This document shows, in pieces, positions 1 to 11,589 of a stretch of 64,000 nt of DNA (positions within the stretch are counted from its first letter, which is position 1; the number at the start of each line of letters is the position of its first letter). The DNA is from Callorhinchus milii (lineage: Eukaryota): contig NW_024704742.1 of assembly GCF_018977255.1 (NCBI RefSeq), positions 79,176,001 through 79,240,000 of the forward strand, read 5' to 3'. The translations under genes were made by a program, and so were the position numbers. The notes below the pieces were generated by a model that was not told the origin of the DNA, did not search any database, and worked only from the letters and a program-made list of their open reading frames with translations.

Positions 1-217
1 TTAATTCTTGCTCTATGTGTTTGATTCAATATCCCTGTTCAGATTTGTTGCATGGATATATTGATAGGAAACTCTACAGTGTGTACTGACAACAAACATG
101 TTATCACTGATGTACCATTCAATGAATGAATACAGACAGTGGCATAGTATAGCTATTTACATTTATATTACAACAAAAAGTACCTTATACTTATGCTTAT
201 ACAAAAAGTACCTTATC

Positions 218-543
218 GGAGTCCTGCAGCTCAGTGGTTAGAGCACTCGCTTTGCAAGCGAGAGACCTGAGTTCAATCCCAGGCAGGGCGAAACCTTGGG
301 CAAGTTTCCTTACTCCACACGCCTAATAATAATCCCTCCAAAACCAAAAACAATAATAAAAATTGGTCATTTTCAATCTACGACTGTTTGTGGGACATTG
401 CTGTGCGCAATTGGCTGCCGCGTTCGCCCACAAATATACAGTCAATTCACTTTACAGTGTGTTCTGTGAAGCGCTTTGGGACGTCCTCCCGACGTGAAAA
501 GCGCTATATCAAATGCAAGGATTATTATTATTATTATTATTAT
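218..543 (+). mobile_element. Young tRNA-derived SINE, full length (L2-type tail)
   Basis: A-box-like CAGCTCAGTGG and B-box-like GAGTTCAATCCC, anticodon-like arm CTCGC-TTTGCAA-GCGAG, L2-like tail GGGACGTCCTCCCGACGTGAAAAGCGCT, ends in (TTA)n. Near-identical to the copies at 38048, 48753, 54353 and 56369. Confidence 0.95.
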
Positions 544-595
544 CTATGCATACGACAGTCCTCCCACATTTCCTTAAGACTTAACATAAATCTCC

Positions 596-730
596 AGTGA
601 TCTTATTCAAAAGATTAGTTTGGATGAAGAAGGCCCTTCATTCCATCCAGTCTCAGTCCTTCTACAACACCACCCTGCTGCATCAAGCAACTTTTTAAAT
701 GAGTCCTGGCCTCAAGCACCCGATCTCCTC
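596..730 (-). mobile_element. CR1-type LINE 3' end fragment
   Basis: GATTAGTTTGGATGAAGAAGGCCCTT motif shared with 24410 and 27781, and in the opposite orientation with 39270 and 60580. Confidence 0.65.
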
Positions 731-1329
731 CATGTGTTATTCTAAGTGATCATTTTGAACTTCAGGAATGGACTGTACCTTTACAGAAATCTCACTTCAG
801 TCCAGAAACCTGCTGATACAGGAAGTGATGCACATGTGAATTCTTGCTCTAGGTAGTTTTCATTTTATTTCGACACACCCTCTGTTAATCTCTTTAATGG
901 TACAATTTCCTATTCAGATGCTTAAATGCTTCATCCATGTTTTGAAGTGCTATGAATATTTTATAATTGTTGGCCTTTTTTGGGATGCTAGATGAATCTG
1001 GCAGGTAGTCAAAAGCTTTAAACCAATATTACAAAACAATAAAAACGTCTCTACAGATTAGAAATCCATTAAAGTATTTTATGTGTATTTTGTAATTGTA
1101 GTTGTAGTCAGTCAGCTGAGCAACCATTGTAGGCCATTTCAAGGTAGGTTTGTATTCATTGAATGACTTAACACAATTCATGTGAAGCAAATAATTTTTA
1201 CATCTTTCTCTTTTGACATCATGAACTTTTCATCAACCTTTATCCCATTTAGTAAAGTGATTTCATATGGTTGGTGATAGAGAGCACCTGACAGTCTAAC
1301 ATTTCCATATTATAATCGTAGATATACTC

Positions 1330-1460
1330 CAACAAAAACAACAACAAAATTCTATTTGTAAAGCGCCTTTCGCATTAGGAGGACGTCGGAAGGCGCTGGA
1401 CAGACAGAGTTACGGACCCAAACTGGGGGTAGGGGTGGGGGAGGGTGGAGGGCAGTGGAG
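1330..1460 (-). mobile_element. L2 LINE 3' terminal fragment
   Basis: (CAA)n followed by the reverse complement of the L2 tail (AAAGCGCCTTTCGC...GGAGGACGTC). Confidence 0.75.
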
Positions 1461-1645
1461 CAATCGCTCTGAGATGCTACGCTATATGGAGGGCACAATA
1501 TAAGTACAAGTTGTTGTAGATGTGCTTTAAATCCACACTTCAGTGTTAAGATTTACGTGAAGCATGCCGCTCCCTTGATAAATTTGTTGCACCCAATCCA
1601 AGGCTTGGATGAAGCACTGGGGTTTATGCATTTTCCTTTCAGTTA

Positions 1646-1830
1646 TTAATAATAATAATCTTTGCATTTGATATAGTGTCTCATCACGTCTTTGAGACGT
1701 TTTAAAGTGCTTCACAGAATACACGGTAAAGTGAATTGACTGCAAATTTGTGGCTGAAAAGTGGCAGCCGATTGCACACAGTAGTGTCCCACAAACAGTC
1801 ATGGATTGAGTTACCACATTTTTTTTTGAT
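1646..1830 (-). mobile_element. SINE 3' half, older subfamily
   Basis: (TAA)n-CTTTGCATTTGATATAG...GTCCCACAAACAG, homologous to 380-543. Confidence 0.85.
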
Positions 1831-1913
1831 TTGTTGTTTTATACACATTATGTAATGTGTTTCTTGAACAATGAAAACTGAGCTTTCACTCTCTGAATGC
1901 CCAGCTACTTTCT

Positions 1914-2664
1914 ACAACTGGCACCGCCTTCCATCACCTCCGGAACATCGCCAGACTACGGCATTACCTCACCCCTCACGCTGCTGAAACCCTGGTTCAC
2001 GCCTTTGTCACCTCAAGGCTGGACTATGGGAACTCTCGCCGGCCTTCCCGCCACCTCCCTCCACAAGCTGCAGGTCATTCAGAACTCTGCAGCTCGTGTA
2101 CTGTCCCGCACCAGGCTTCGGACCACATCACTCCCACCCTCGCTCGCCTCCACTGGCTCCCCATCCCCCAGAGGATTGATTTCAAGATCCTCATCCTCAC
2201 CTACAAGGCCATTCACGGCCTTGCTCCCTCCTACCTCTCCAACCTACTATCCCCCTACCTACCCGCCCGTACCCTCCGTTCCTCTGGCTCCGGTCTGCTC
2301 CACGTCCCCCGCCCCAACCGCCCTACCATCGGTGGTCGGGCCTTCAGCCTCTCAGCCCCAGGCTCTGGAACTCCATCCCCCAGTGCCTTCGCCGCCTCCT
2401 CCCTTTCCTCCTTCAAGGCCGGTCTCAAAACCTTTCTCTTTGACCGAGCCTTCAGCTCCCCTCTCGACTCTCTTCCCCCTCCTCGCTCCCTCCCTTCCCT
2501 CCCCTCACCCTGACCATTTCCCCCCTCCTCGTTCCCTCCCTTCCCTCCCCTCACCCTGACCATTTCCCCCTGCTCGGGTCATGACCCAACTGTGCAGCGC
2601 CTTGGGACGTCCTCCTGACGTGAAAGGCGCTTTATAAATGGAATCTTGTTGTTGTTGTTGTTGT
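1914..2664 (+). mobile_element. 5'-truncated young L2 LINE
   Basis: Collinear and highly similar to 12441-13141; carries the ORF2 C-terminal region (SRLDYGN, LQVIQNSAAR); ends AAATGGAATC(TTG)n. Confidence 0.95.
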
Positions 2665-2949
2665 ACACTTGTTACATTGTGCATATTTTCTGGTTGTGTT
2701 TATTTACAGGGAGGTTGCTATTTGATTATTTTTTGCTGGAATTGGACTAAAAACCAGAGTAGGCACAAAAAAATCTTGGATTACATTTTTCTTTCATGTA
2801 CTTGTGGGTCTGGAGAGATCTTAACTTAAAGTTTTCGATGAATGTCAATGAACAAAATAAACCTCTTAATTGAAGCCAATCCCCTGTCCAATTTTGCCAA
2901 TTGTCGATATTCAGACTTAATAATAAGTCCTGCATTTGATATGGCTCCT

Positions 2950-3200
2950 ATAATATCCTATAATATCAAATGTATCAAAGTGCTTCACAAAGTTTTCTGT
3001 AAATGTATATTTGTAACCGAATATGGTAGACAATTTGTGCACAACAATATCTCACAAATGGCCCTAAAAAGACCAAATTAATTGGAAGAGTGTTGGCCAG
3101 GACACCAGGAAAAAATTCCCATTTTGAGTATTGAATCTTTAGCATGCACCCGAATACGCAGACATTGGTTAATGTCTCATCCGAAGGATGATTTATCCAA
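2950..3200 (-). mobile_element. DeuSINE-type remnant
   Basis: GTTGGCCAGGACACCAGG and TTAATGTCTCATCCGAAGGA segments match the other DeuSINE copies in the window. Confidence 0.6.
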
Positions 3201-3409
3201 CAATATACAAGTCCTGGGTCGCTCAGTTGGTTGATTTATGATAGAAAAGTTCTGGGTTCATGTCCTGGTATATGCACTATGGTATTTCAAGGTCGATGAA
3301 TAAGTGTGTGAGTACCATGTTTCTGCAGTAAACATAATCTTCCTTGGGAAAAAAGTGTGTTGGGGGGTGGTTATTCTGGGAGATGGTAATCCTGAACTTT
3401 ATGAACAGT

Positions 3410-3622
3410 GCTGTGTGATTTTTAATGTCCACTTAAGCAGGCAGAAAGAACTTTGGTTTAATGTCTTAGCCAAAGGTTAGCACCTCCAACAATACAGAGC
3501 TCCTGCAATACTGCACTGAAGTGTCATCCTAGACTATCAGTTCATAGTCCTGATGTGGGACTTTAATCCACAACCTTCTGACTGAGAAGGTAGAGTTCTA
3601 CCAACTGAGCAAGGCTGACACT
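3410..3622 (-). mobile_element. DeuSINE-type 5' half (tRNA head + Deu domain)
   Basis: Reverse complement reads GTGTCAGCCTTGCTCAGTTGGTAG...AGTCAGAAGGTTGTGG, matching the head of 31808. Confidence 0.8.
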
Positions 3623-5529
3623 CAACAAGCCAAAGTTGCAATGGATAGGTTGGTCCCAACAGAACATGGATGTTAAAAATTGTTCATGTCACACGGCCTT
3701 TCACTCCATTGATTATTGCCTTCCTGCATGCACATTGAAAGGACCACTGGAGCAAAGATGGGAATGAGTAAATTCAGGAGTTATACAGGGAACAATACAT
3801 TGTTTTCCCAGTTCTCCCAGTGAGGCTCATGTTTGTCCTGAGGGCCAAGAAGAGCAGAGCCCAGTGTCATTCAGATTCACTAGGTTTATATCGTCAAGAT
3901 TATTTCTCCTTGAGGCTCCCTGATCCAGAACAGTATCAGGAGCTCCAGTGTGATTTTCACACCATGATTCATACTGCATATGAGGCAGCAAAACACAAAG
4001 AAATTCACTGCCAAACCTGCAGTATAAATTCGATATTGGAGACTGTATAATCAATATCTATTCGCTATCTGTTCTTTCCATTCCAGATCACCTTATCGTG
4101 ACCTTGGCTTTTCCTTATTTCTATGATCACAAGATTTTCTGGAGTCCTGCTTAACCATATCATTTCAATCAGTTAAACATGCATGTGCGACTTACATGTC
4201 ACCAGTCAATAGCACTGGCCTAGTTGTTAACTTTACAAATAAACAATTGCTTCATTTTAAGCCTTGCAAAAAGTAGCAAAAAATGCTTCAAGTCTACTGC
4301 AGCCTCTTAGTGATTGCTGTGAAGTTATAGAGATTTCACTAATACTCTCTTAAAGTGACCTGCTTAAACACCAAGCTCACCACAGTCCAGAACCAAAGTT
4401 GTCTCTCCCAGCCCTGCAGACTCCACATGGACTGTCTCCACTGTCTCTTTGTTTCAGTGCTTGATTAAAAAATGCAGTACCTCTCTCTTCACTACGTAAT
4501 ATAAGATCAGAGAGAAAATAAATAATCGGGTCACAAATTACGTCACACATTTATATCCTTACATTGGGCTATATTTACACAAATCTATTTGTCTTGCTGA
4601 TTCTAAAGTACATACGGTAATGTTTCAAAATAAAAGCCTCTGATAACCGCTCGCTATGTTGTGTTCAGCTCAATCCACATTTGCAAAACAATATCTTAAG
4701 AGCTAAAATTAACTCTGAAACAAAGCACAGGGGCAGTTTTGTTTATGAGGGCTGTGTAATTTGATAATGTTTGTTGGACGTTTCACCTTATTGGCTGCTT
4801 CCCAAATCCTTCACACACTCAAATATTATGAAGCACCCTCTGAGAATTATCACAAATTACTCCCTGAAAAAGCCAAATACTCCCTCAACACATGGTATAC
4901 ATTTTAAAAGTTGTTACTTTTCTAATGTGTCCTTCCCCTCCATTGAGTTTAAAACTATTAAAAATCATCCCTATTGACTTTACATGGATTCTCTGGTTAT
5001 ATTATAAACACAGTAATCATTCTGAAACTGCAGACTTAGAGATAACTTGCTCTGTTTTATTTTTGTAACAAAAGATGAGTCAACAGCAAATGCTCAATCC
5101 TTTCAGGCTAAGTACAAGATAGCTAAAAAGCTGTAGATAATGAATATAGTGTGGGAACATTTGCTATATTTATCTAAAAAGATTTGCCACAAAATATAGA
5201 GTCAATTCACTTTCCAGTACATTCTGTGATGCGCTTTATATAATGTCTTGAAGAAATGATAAGGCGCTATATCTAATACATGAATTATTAATATCAAAGT
5301 GAATATCTGGAATTCCCTCTTTCAATCCCTCTGTCTCACCCTCTCTTGCCTTATCTATCTTTAAATCCCACTTTACCATCAACCTCTTCAACCGTGACTA
5401 CGGTCACTTCTCCCTAGCTTGGTGTCCAATCCGGCCACTAAACAGCGCTCCAAGACATTGTCCTGTGTGAAGGCTGCTATATAAATGCAAGTTGCTATTG
5501 CTATTATTGTATTTGATGTAGCTCGCCAA

Positions 5530-5935
5530 CACTGGAATGTCTCAAAGCACTATGCAGGATAATAATAAATTAATAATAAATTAATTTATTATTACTTTGC
5601 AGGATATTGCTGTTAAGTCCAGTGGTTTTATGTGTGAGCAAAGATAGCAGCCAATTTACACACAGCCATATATGAATGATCATTTTCTCTGGAGGATTAG
5701 ATTGATGATCAGGAAAAACTTCACCTTTCAAATAAATACCAGTCTGAACAGGCAGATAGGATCTCGGGTTAATGTCTCAAACAATACGACATTAATGTCT
5801 CTGACAATTTAGCATTCTCACAGTAAGGGAGGAGTGCCAGTCTGGACTACAAGTTCAAAGTCCCATTGTAGGGATTAAACCCAGAACTGTCTGACCCATA
5901 GGCAAGGATTCTACCAAGCAAGCCAGGCTGACACG
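5530..5935 (-). mobile_element. DeuSINE-type element, decayed
   Basis: Collinear with 32820-33205 and 36950-37355; ends ...AGCCAGGCTGACAC on the + strand. Confidence 0.7.
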
Positions 5936-6242
5936 TTAATAATCAACACGGATTGTGGCTTTCTACTGCAGGAGTAAGCACAAGAGCTGCTTGCTCTGAT
6001 CTATTGTTAATATAAAATCTTCTATGCTGCTGTTGGTTGTGGTTATCTCCAAACTGGACGTCAAATTTGCAGTCTGGCTCCACAAGCATTGAGAATGATT
6101 TTAGGAGGGGAAAAAGGGCTGCCTCCCATAGGTTTCAAATCAACTCATTGCAAATTTATCAAAGTAAACTAACATGGATGAATTGTCTATTTAATCCCAT
6201 ATTTCCTTCAACCTTTTAAATTTCAATTGGAAAAAGGTGAGC

Positions 6243-6590
6243 TACAGCAACAACAACTTGCATTTATATCGCGTCCTTTACGTCGAGTTATGTTACAATG
6301 CACTTCACAGAGATGGTGGCAGATACTGAGCAGAGAGAAGTGAGAGAGGTTGGAGGTGACTAGGCTTGGTCCAAAGATAGGTCTTTGGGCAGCTTTTGAA
6401 GACAGATAGAGAGATCAAGATGAAGGTTGAGGATTGGAGTTTCAGAGAATGGGGTACGTTGTCTGAAATCTCTGCTGCTGACAGTGGGAAGGAAGGGATA
6501 GGGAACACACAATAGGCCCAAGTTTGATGAGTGGAAGTGAACAGGAGGAGGTCACAGAAGTATAGAGGAGCGAGGGGTGAAGGGATTTGA
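6243..6590 (-). mobile_element. Old L2 3' fragment
   Basis: CAACAACAACTTGCATTTATATCGC tail followed by a purine-rich antisense L2 body. Confidence 0.6.
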
Positions 6591-8049
6591 ATCTGTCAGA
6601 CTCAGTAACATACACATAATACTTCACTGTGGACACTGTTAAAGTATTTAATAATACTTCATATTATTTTAATAGTTCTTACATAATTAGAAAAGTAGTG
6701 AAGCAGGGCACAATGGTTGCATTTTGGTTACAAAGTGCAAAAAAAATCAAAGGTTCACTCGCAAAATCTAACCATAAATCAGCATTTTATTATAACCAGC
6801 AAAAAGAAGTGATGACTAGTATAAAAAGGGGTGACATTTATATAATTAGTGTTCCATTACCATGTGGAGGAAGCTTTGACTTCATTACTGCTGCCTACAT
6901 TTGTCTTATCAAAGAGTTTAGCATTCTCATTGCAGTGCAGAATGGAAGGACTGCATGAGAGTTTTTATCCGCAGCCAGACATCAACAGAAGTGAAATGTC
7001 CAGCCATATAACAATACAATCAGAGTTAAACTGTTGCATTGAATAATAATAATTCTTGCATTTGATTATAGCACCTTACCACATGATTGAGATGTCTCAA
7101 AGTGCTTCACAGTGAAGTGAATTGGCTATATTTTGTGGGAGAAAAGCAGCAGCCAATTGCGCAGAGCAGTGTGCTACAAACAGTAGGGGATTTTATATAA
7201 AAATATGAATTATATAAAAATATATTTACAAAATTATATAGAAATATATTTTAAAATATGTAAAAATATGATTGCCATATTTTTCAAAATACAGTTTCAA
7301 GAGAGGAAAACATTCACGGTAATCACATTCCAATTCATCTTAAAGTTTTTTCTCAAAAACTAACTCGTTGTACCTTCAGTCAACTCCATTCCACCCATCT
7401 CCTTCACATTTCCCACCCTGCTTGAACAGCCACTCGGACTCCCACTCAATTTCCAAAATTCCAGTTGGAGTTGCTTGAAATGCACAATCTAAGTGCAAGT
7501 TATTGTTAGAAAAAATATTTCCCTGATCACAACTTTCTGGAACCATGCAATGGTTACATTTGGTACAGAGTCTTTCACCTCAGCAAGATGTCCCAAAGCA
7601 CTTCACTATAAAGTGAGTGACTGTGTTTTGTGGGCAAACACCACCTTGTGCAACTATTTTATTAAATATTAATTGCATGCATTTATACAGCAATTCTTTT
7701 TATAGTAAATTACCAGAGCGAGAAGAAAATGGAAATTGCAGTACGAATCTTGATTGATTCAACATCAACAACAATCATTTGCAAAGGCACCTGAATTCCT
7801 CATGCCAGCTGGAGTTGGGGGGTTCCGCGCTGTTTATTCCCCCCCACCCTCCCCCAAACACAACAACCAAACATGCATAGCAGTACAGTTAACTCCCCAT
7901 TGCTCAGCAGAATTGGCACAGAATAATGATCAAAACTAGAGCACACCATATTCTGCACAATAACATTTTTCATTCGCTTCATATCTGTCTCTACGACATT
8001 GCTGTGAGAAAATTAGCTACCGCTTTCTCCTACAAAAACACAGTTACAG

Positions 8050-8232
8050 TCCCCAAGCCTTAGCCCTTACCAACTTGTGTCAATTACTCACCAGAATTAG
8101 GTAAGCAGGGTGCATTCCTCTATGGAGAGAGTGCGCATTCTATTCCCAGCCTGGGAATTTCCATATGTAGATGGCATACATAAGTGGAAGTCTCAGTCTG
8201 GTTTGGATACTCTTTAGCATGGTTATGAGCTG
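8050..8232 (+). mobile_element. 3' UTR fragment of the RTE-group-like LINE family
   Basis: GAATTAGGTAAGCAGGGTGCATTCC...CATTCTATTCC...GTGGAAGTCTCAGTCTGGTTTGGATACTC is shared with 17100, 18792, 26230 and 30420. Confidence 0.65.
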
Positions 8233-9432
8233 GGTCAATAGAAAAACGGGGCCGCAATTTTTCCACGGAATCCGCTGTGATTAGCGCCCTCCGTTAAAAA
8301 CCTGCCAAAAATGAAGTTTCCTCAGTCGGGGGCCTCTGGGCGCTGCTGCCAGCTGTTTATCCAATGCTACTGTGGGAGCAGCGGCTCCAGACACACATGT
8401 GTGATACAAGCAGTAGGCTCAAAAAGGGCTAATATCAATTACTTCTGCAACATTGCCAGAAATAAAAGCAATGTTCCCATGAAACCAGCATAAGATAAGA
8501 GTAAGCATTTGGCACGATTGCAGACTTTGAATCCAGTGACAAGGAATCTGACAGCAGCAGCGTGGTTGGGAATTATCACAGTGTATTTCATCAAGTCAAG
8601 TTGAATTAGGTGTCCTTCTTGCCGCCTTGTATCTAAATACAGGAGTTACATTTGGACCCAATCATTTGGGCTATATGTGCGCCTGGGGGCCACATACCAA
8701 CAGAGACATCAACAGGGGTAGGAATTACTGATGGTGCAATACCTATCATGTTGAATGTTGCAATTTTTACCCCCGGCATGTATTGGGTATGCAGGTTACT
8801 AAAACCCAAGGGTGAATTATAAACTAAGGTTGTGACTTTGTGTTCTCAGAAAGGTTTTGCTAACTTCACAGGACAATTTTGAATCAAGTTCGGTTTTACA
8901 ATCTGTTACAGACTCGTGTCATGAGTACATTTCTGCTGCTGTCAGTTTTGCTTACCTCTGTTACCTTTGTCAGTTTAGAAGCACCGGGGATGGCTTTCTC
9001 TCTCTCTCTCTCTCTCTGTTAACTGTTCCTCTGTCACCTCTGTGACACATCACTATGTTCTTGCATGCATTTGAAATGGATTTTCTTTCAATTGGTACTT
9101 ATACCAGGAAATTGATGGTTTAACACTTGAAAAGCTATTTGATGCCTCATATAACTATAGTGCAATTGCATTTCCCATACCTTTGATGCTTCTGCTGCCA
9201 GCAGACCTATTTTATGACAGTGTTGTAAAGAAAATGAGACAATTCAACTGTAGAGTGTGTATTTCACTCACTTGATCTCATCCTCCAGTCTGTGATCTTG
9301 GGAATACCCATGCTACCATCTTTAAATTATAGCCTCAAGATGTTTATTAAAAAGAGTCTAATGCCCTGGCCTCCACCATTGTTTCTGGTATCCCGTACCA
9401 AATGTTGGTTAACACCTACTTAAGAATATATG

Positions 9433-9582
9433 TTAATAATAATAATTATAATCCTTGCATTTGATATAGCATCTTATCACATCTTCGCGATGTCTCAAAG
9501 CACTTTTCAATGTATACTGTAAAGTGAGGTGATTGCATATATTGTGAGTGAAATGCGGCAGCCAACTGCGCACAACAATATC
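9433..9582 (-). mobile_element. SINE 3' fragment truncated at the L2 5' junction
   Basis: (TAA)n ATCCTTGCATTTGATATAGC...GCGGCAGCCAACTGCGCAC. Confidence 0.85.
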
Positions 9583-9904
9583 TGGACACAGGGAGCGGCG
9601 GCAGGACAGCGCGGGGAGGAGCCTGGGCCTATCTACACAGGTATTTAAGGTCGCGGCAGCAGGGAGTGCAGCCACACGGGGAGCGGCGGCAGGGAGTGCA
9701 CAGGGCTGTGGGGGCGGAGCGGGGGAACCGCTGACCTCATAGCTTAGTTTTCAGGAGTGTGTGCGCGCAAAAAAAAAACTCAGCCCCACCCCCAGAGCTC
9801 ACATCAGAGCCCACCATGGTCCTGTTGGGTTGGCTGCCCCAGCCCCAGCCTATGGGATAATGCCATCCACCTGACCGCTCGCTCCCGGTCCCCGCGTGTG
9901 CACT

Positions 9905-11008
9905 ATGGCTGCCACTTTGACCCTCACCCCCTCACCCCCTCCCTCCCTCCTCCCTCCTCTCTACCCCCAAACCCTCCCCCCTCTGCATCTCTCCCGCTCT
10001 GTCCTCCTCTCTCTCCGTCCCTCTTGCCTTCTATCCCCACTTGACCCTCCTACAACCTTCCTCTGCTCCAGCCTGGGAATTCTCCGCCGGGCTCACCGTG
10101 GCACTCGGCGTTGGCTGTCCAGCAGCAGCCACACCGACTGCCCCATTCCCCACCACACTCGCCAGCCACCCCGGACACAGACCCGGGGAGCCAACCTCTC
10201 CTCCCTTATCCCCATTTCCCCCACCCCTGCTTCACAACCTGGACCCCCCTCCCCTCCCACACACCCTTCTGTCAACCGCTCCCTCCACATCGGACTACAA
10301 AACGTCCGCTCCCTCTGTAACAAGGCCCTGGTCATCAACGATCTCATCCTTGATGAGAGCGTTGACATCATGGCCTTAACGGAAACCTGGCTCACCCCAG
10401 GCGACACCTTCCCCCTCACGGAGGCCACACCACCCGGCTACACCTCCCACCACATCCCTCGCCCCAACCGCCGTGGCGGTGGTGTTGCCCTTATCTCAAG
10501 GACACCACTTGCCCTATCCCCCTACTCCTCTGGCTCTTTCCCCTCTTTCGAGCACCTCACCCTCTCCCACCCCTCCTTCCTCTCACTCAAAATCCTCCTC
10601 CTCTACCGGCCCCCTAAAACCTCTCCCACCTTCATCTCCGAAATTTCGACACTTCTTACATCTCTCTGCCTCTGCTCCGATCGCCTCATCATCCTGGGCG
10701 ACTTTAACCTGCACTTCACCCCCTCCTGCTCCATCTCCTCAGACTTCTCTTCCCTGCTCTCCTCGCTCAACCTCTCCCTCCACATCAACTCCCCCACTCA
10801 CAGTCACGGCCACCCACTCGATTTGGTGATCACCCGGGGCCTCAGTGTCTCGGATGTCACTATCACCGACAAGGCCGTCTCCGACCACCACTTCATCTCC
10901 TTCACCACCTCCACCCCCTCCCCACCTCCACCAGACCCACCACCATCTTCTACCGCCCTGGAAGAAGTTACCCCCACAATCCCTAACCGCTGCCTTGGAG
11001 TCCTCTGA
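9905..11008 (+). pseudogene. L2 ORF N-terminus: apurinic-like endonuclease domain
   Basis: ATG in ACTATGG context; motifs LQNVRSL, ALTETWL, GGGVA, LYRPP, ILGDFN, PTH..GH.LDL, SDH. The frame is lost after about 10930. Confidence 0.92.
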
Positions 11009-11589
11009 ACTCCTCTCCCTCTGGCCTTCAACCCTCACTGACCCTCTTCTCCTCTCACCCTCCTCCACAACACCCTCTCCTCCACACTTGATACTCTTGC
11101 CCCCATCACCTCCCGTACTGTCTCCTACTCTCGCTCCTCCCCCTGGTTCACCACCCACCTCCGCTCACTGAAAGCCAGGTGCGGGCCGCTGAACGCACCT
11201 GTCAAATCTGGCCTAACGGTCCACCGACAAATCTGGCTGGACCTCCTCAAAATCTACCGCTCCACTCTAGCCTCGGCCAAGTCGTCCTTCTACTCCAGGA
11301 TAATCCTGGAGGCGAAGAACAACCCCAGGCTACTGTTTTCTACCACATCCCGACTCCTCCGTCCCCCCCGCCACCCCGCGCAGGTCATCTCCTCCAACCT
11401 TCACTGCGAGGAGATGCTGGATTTCCTTGAATCCAAATCAAGGAATTCGCTCCGCGGTCACTTCCCCTCCAACATCCACCCACTCCCCACCTCCTCCCTC
11501 CCACACTCCGACTCCTACCCATCCTTCCCTTCACACTTTCGTACCCGTTTCCCCACCCTCTGTCACCAAACTCATCCTATCCCTGAAAC

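Noticed and set aside
218..292. tRNA-Ala(TGC) gene
   Set aside because: Continues into an identical 250-bp body and L2-type tail at many positions, so it is a SINE head and not a tRNA gene.
388..600. Recurrent small ORFs ending KCKDYYYY (also 22038, 32617, 48509, 56361)
   Set aside because: Incidental translations of the SINE and its (TAT)n tail.
7190..7290. AT-rich structured element
   Set aside because: Low-complexity AT run with no consistent period or symmetry.
10041..11171. Overlapping Pro/Ser-rich and Gly/Glu-rich ORFs in alternative frames and on the antisense strand
   Set aside because: By-products of the extreme C-richness of the L2 sense strand, which has few stop codons.
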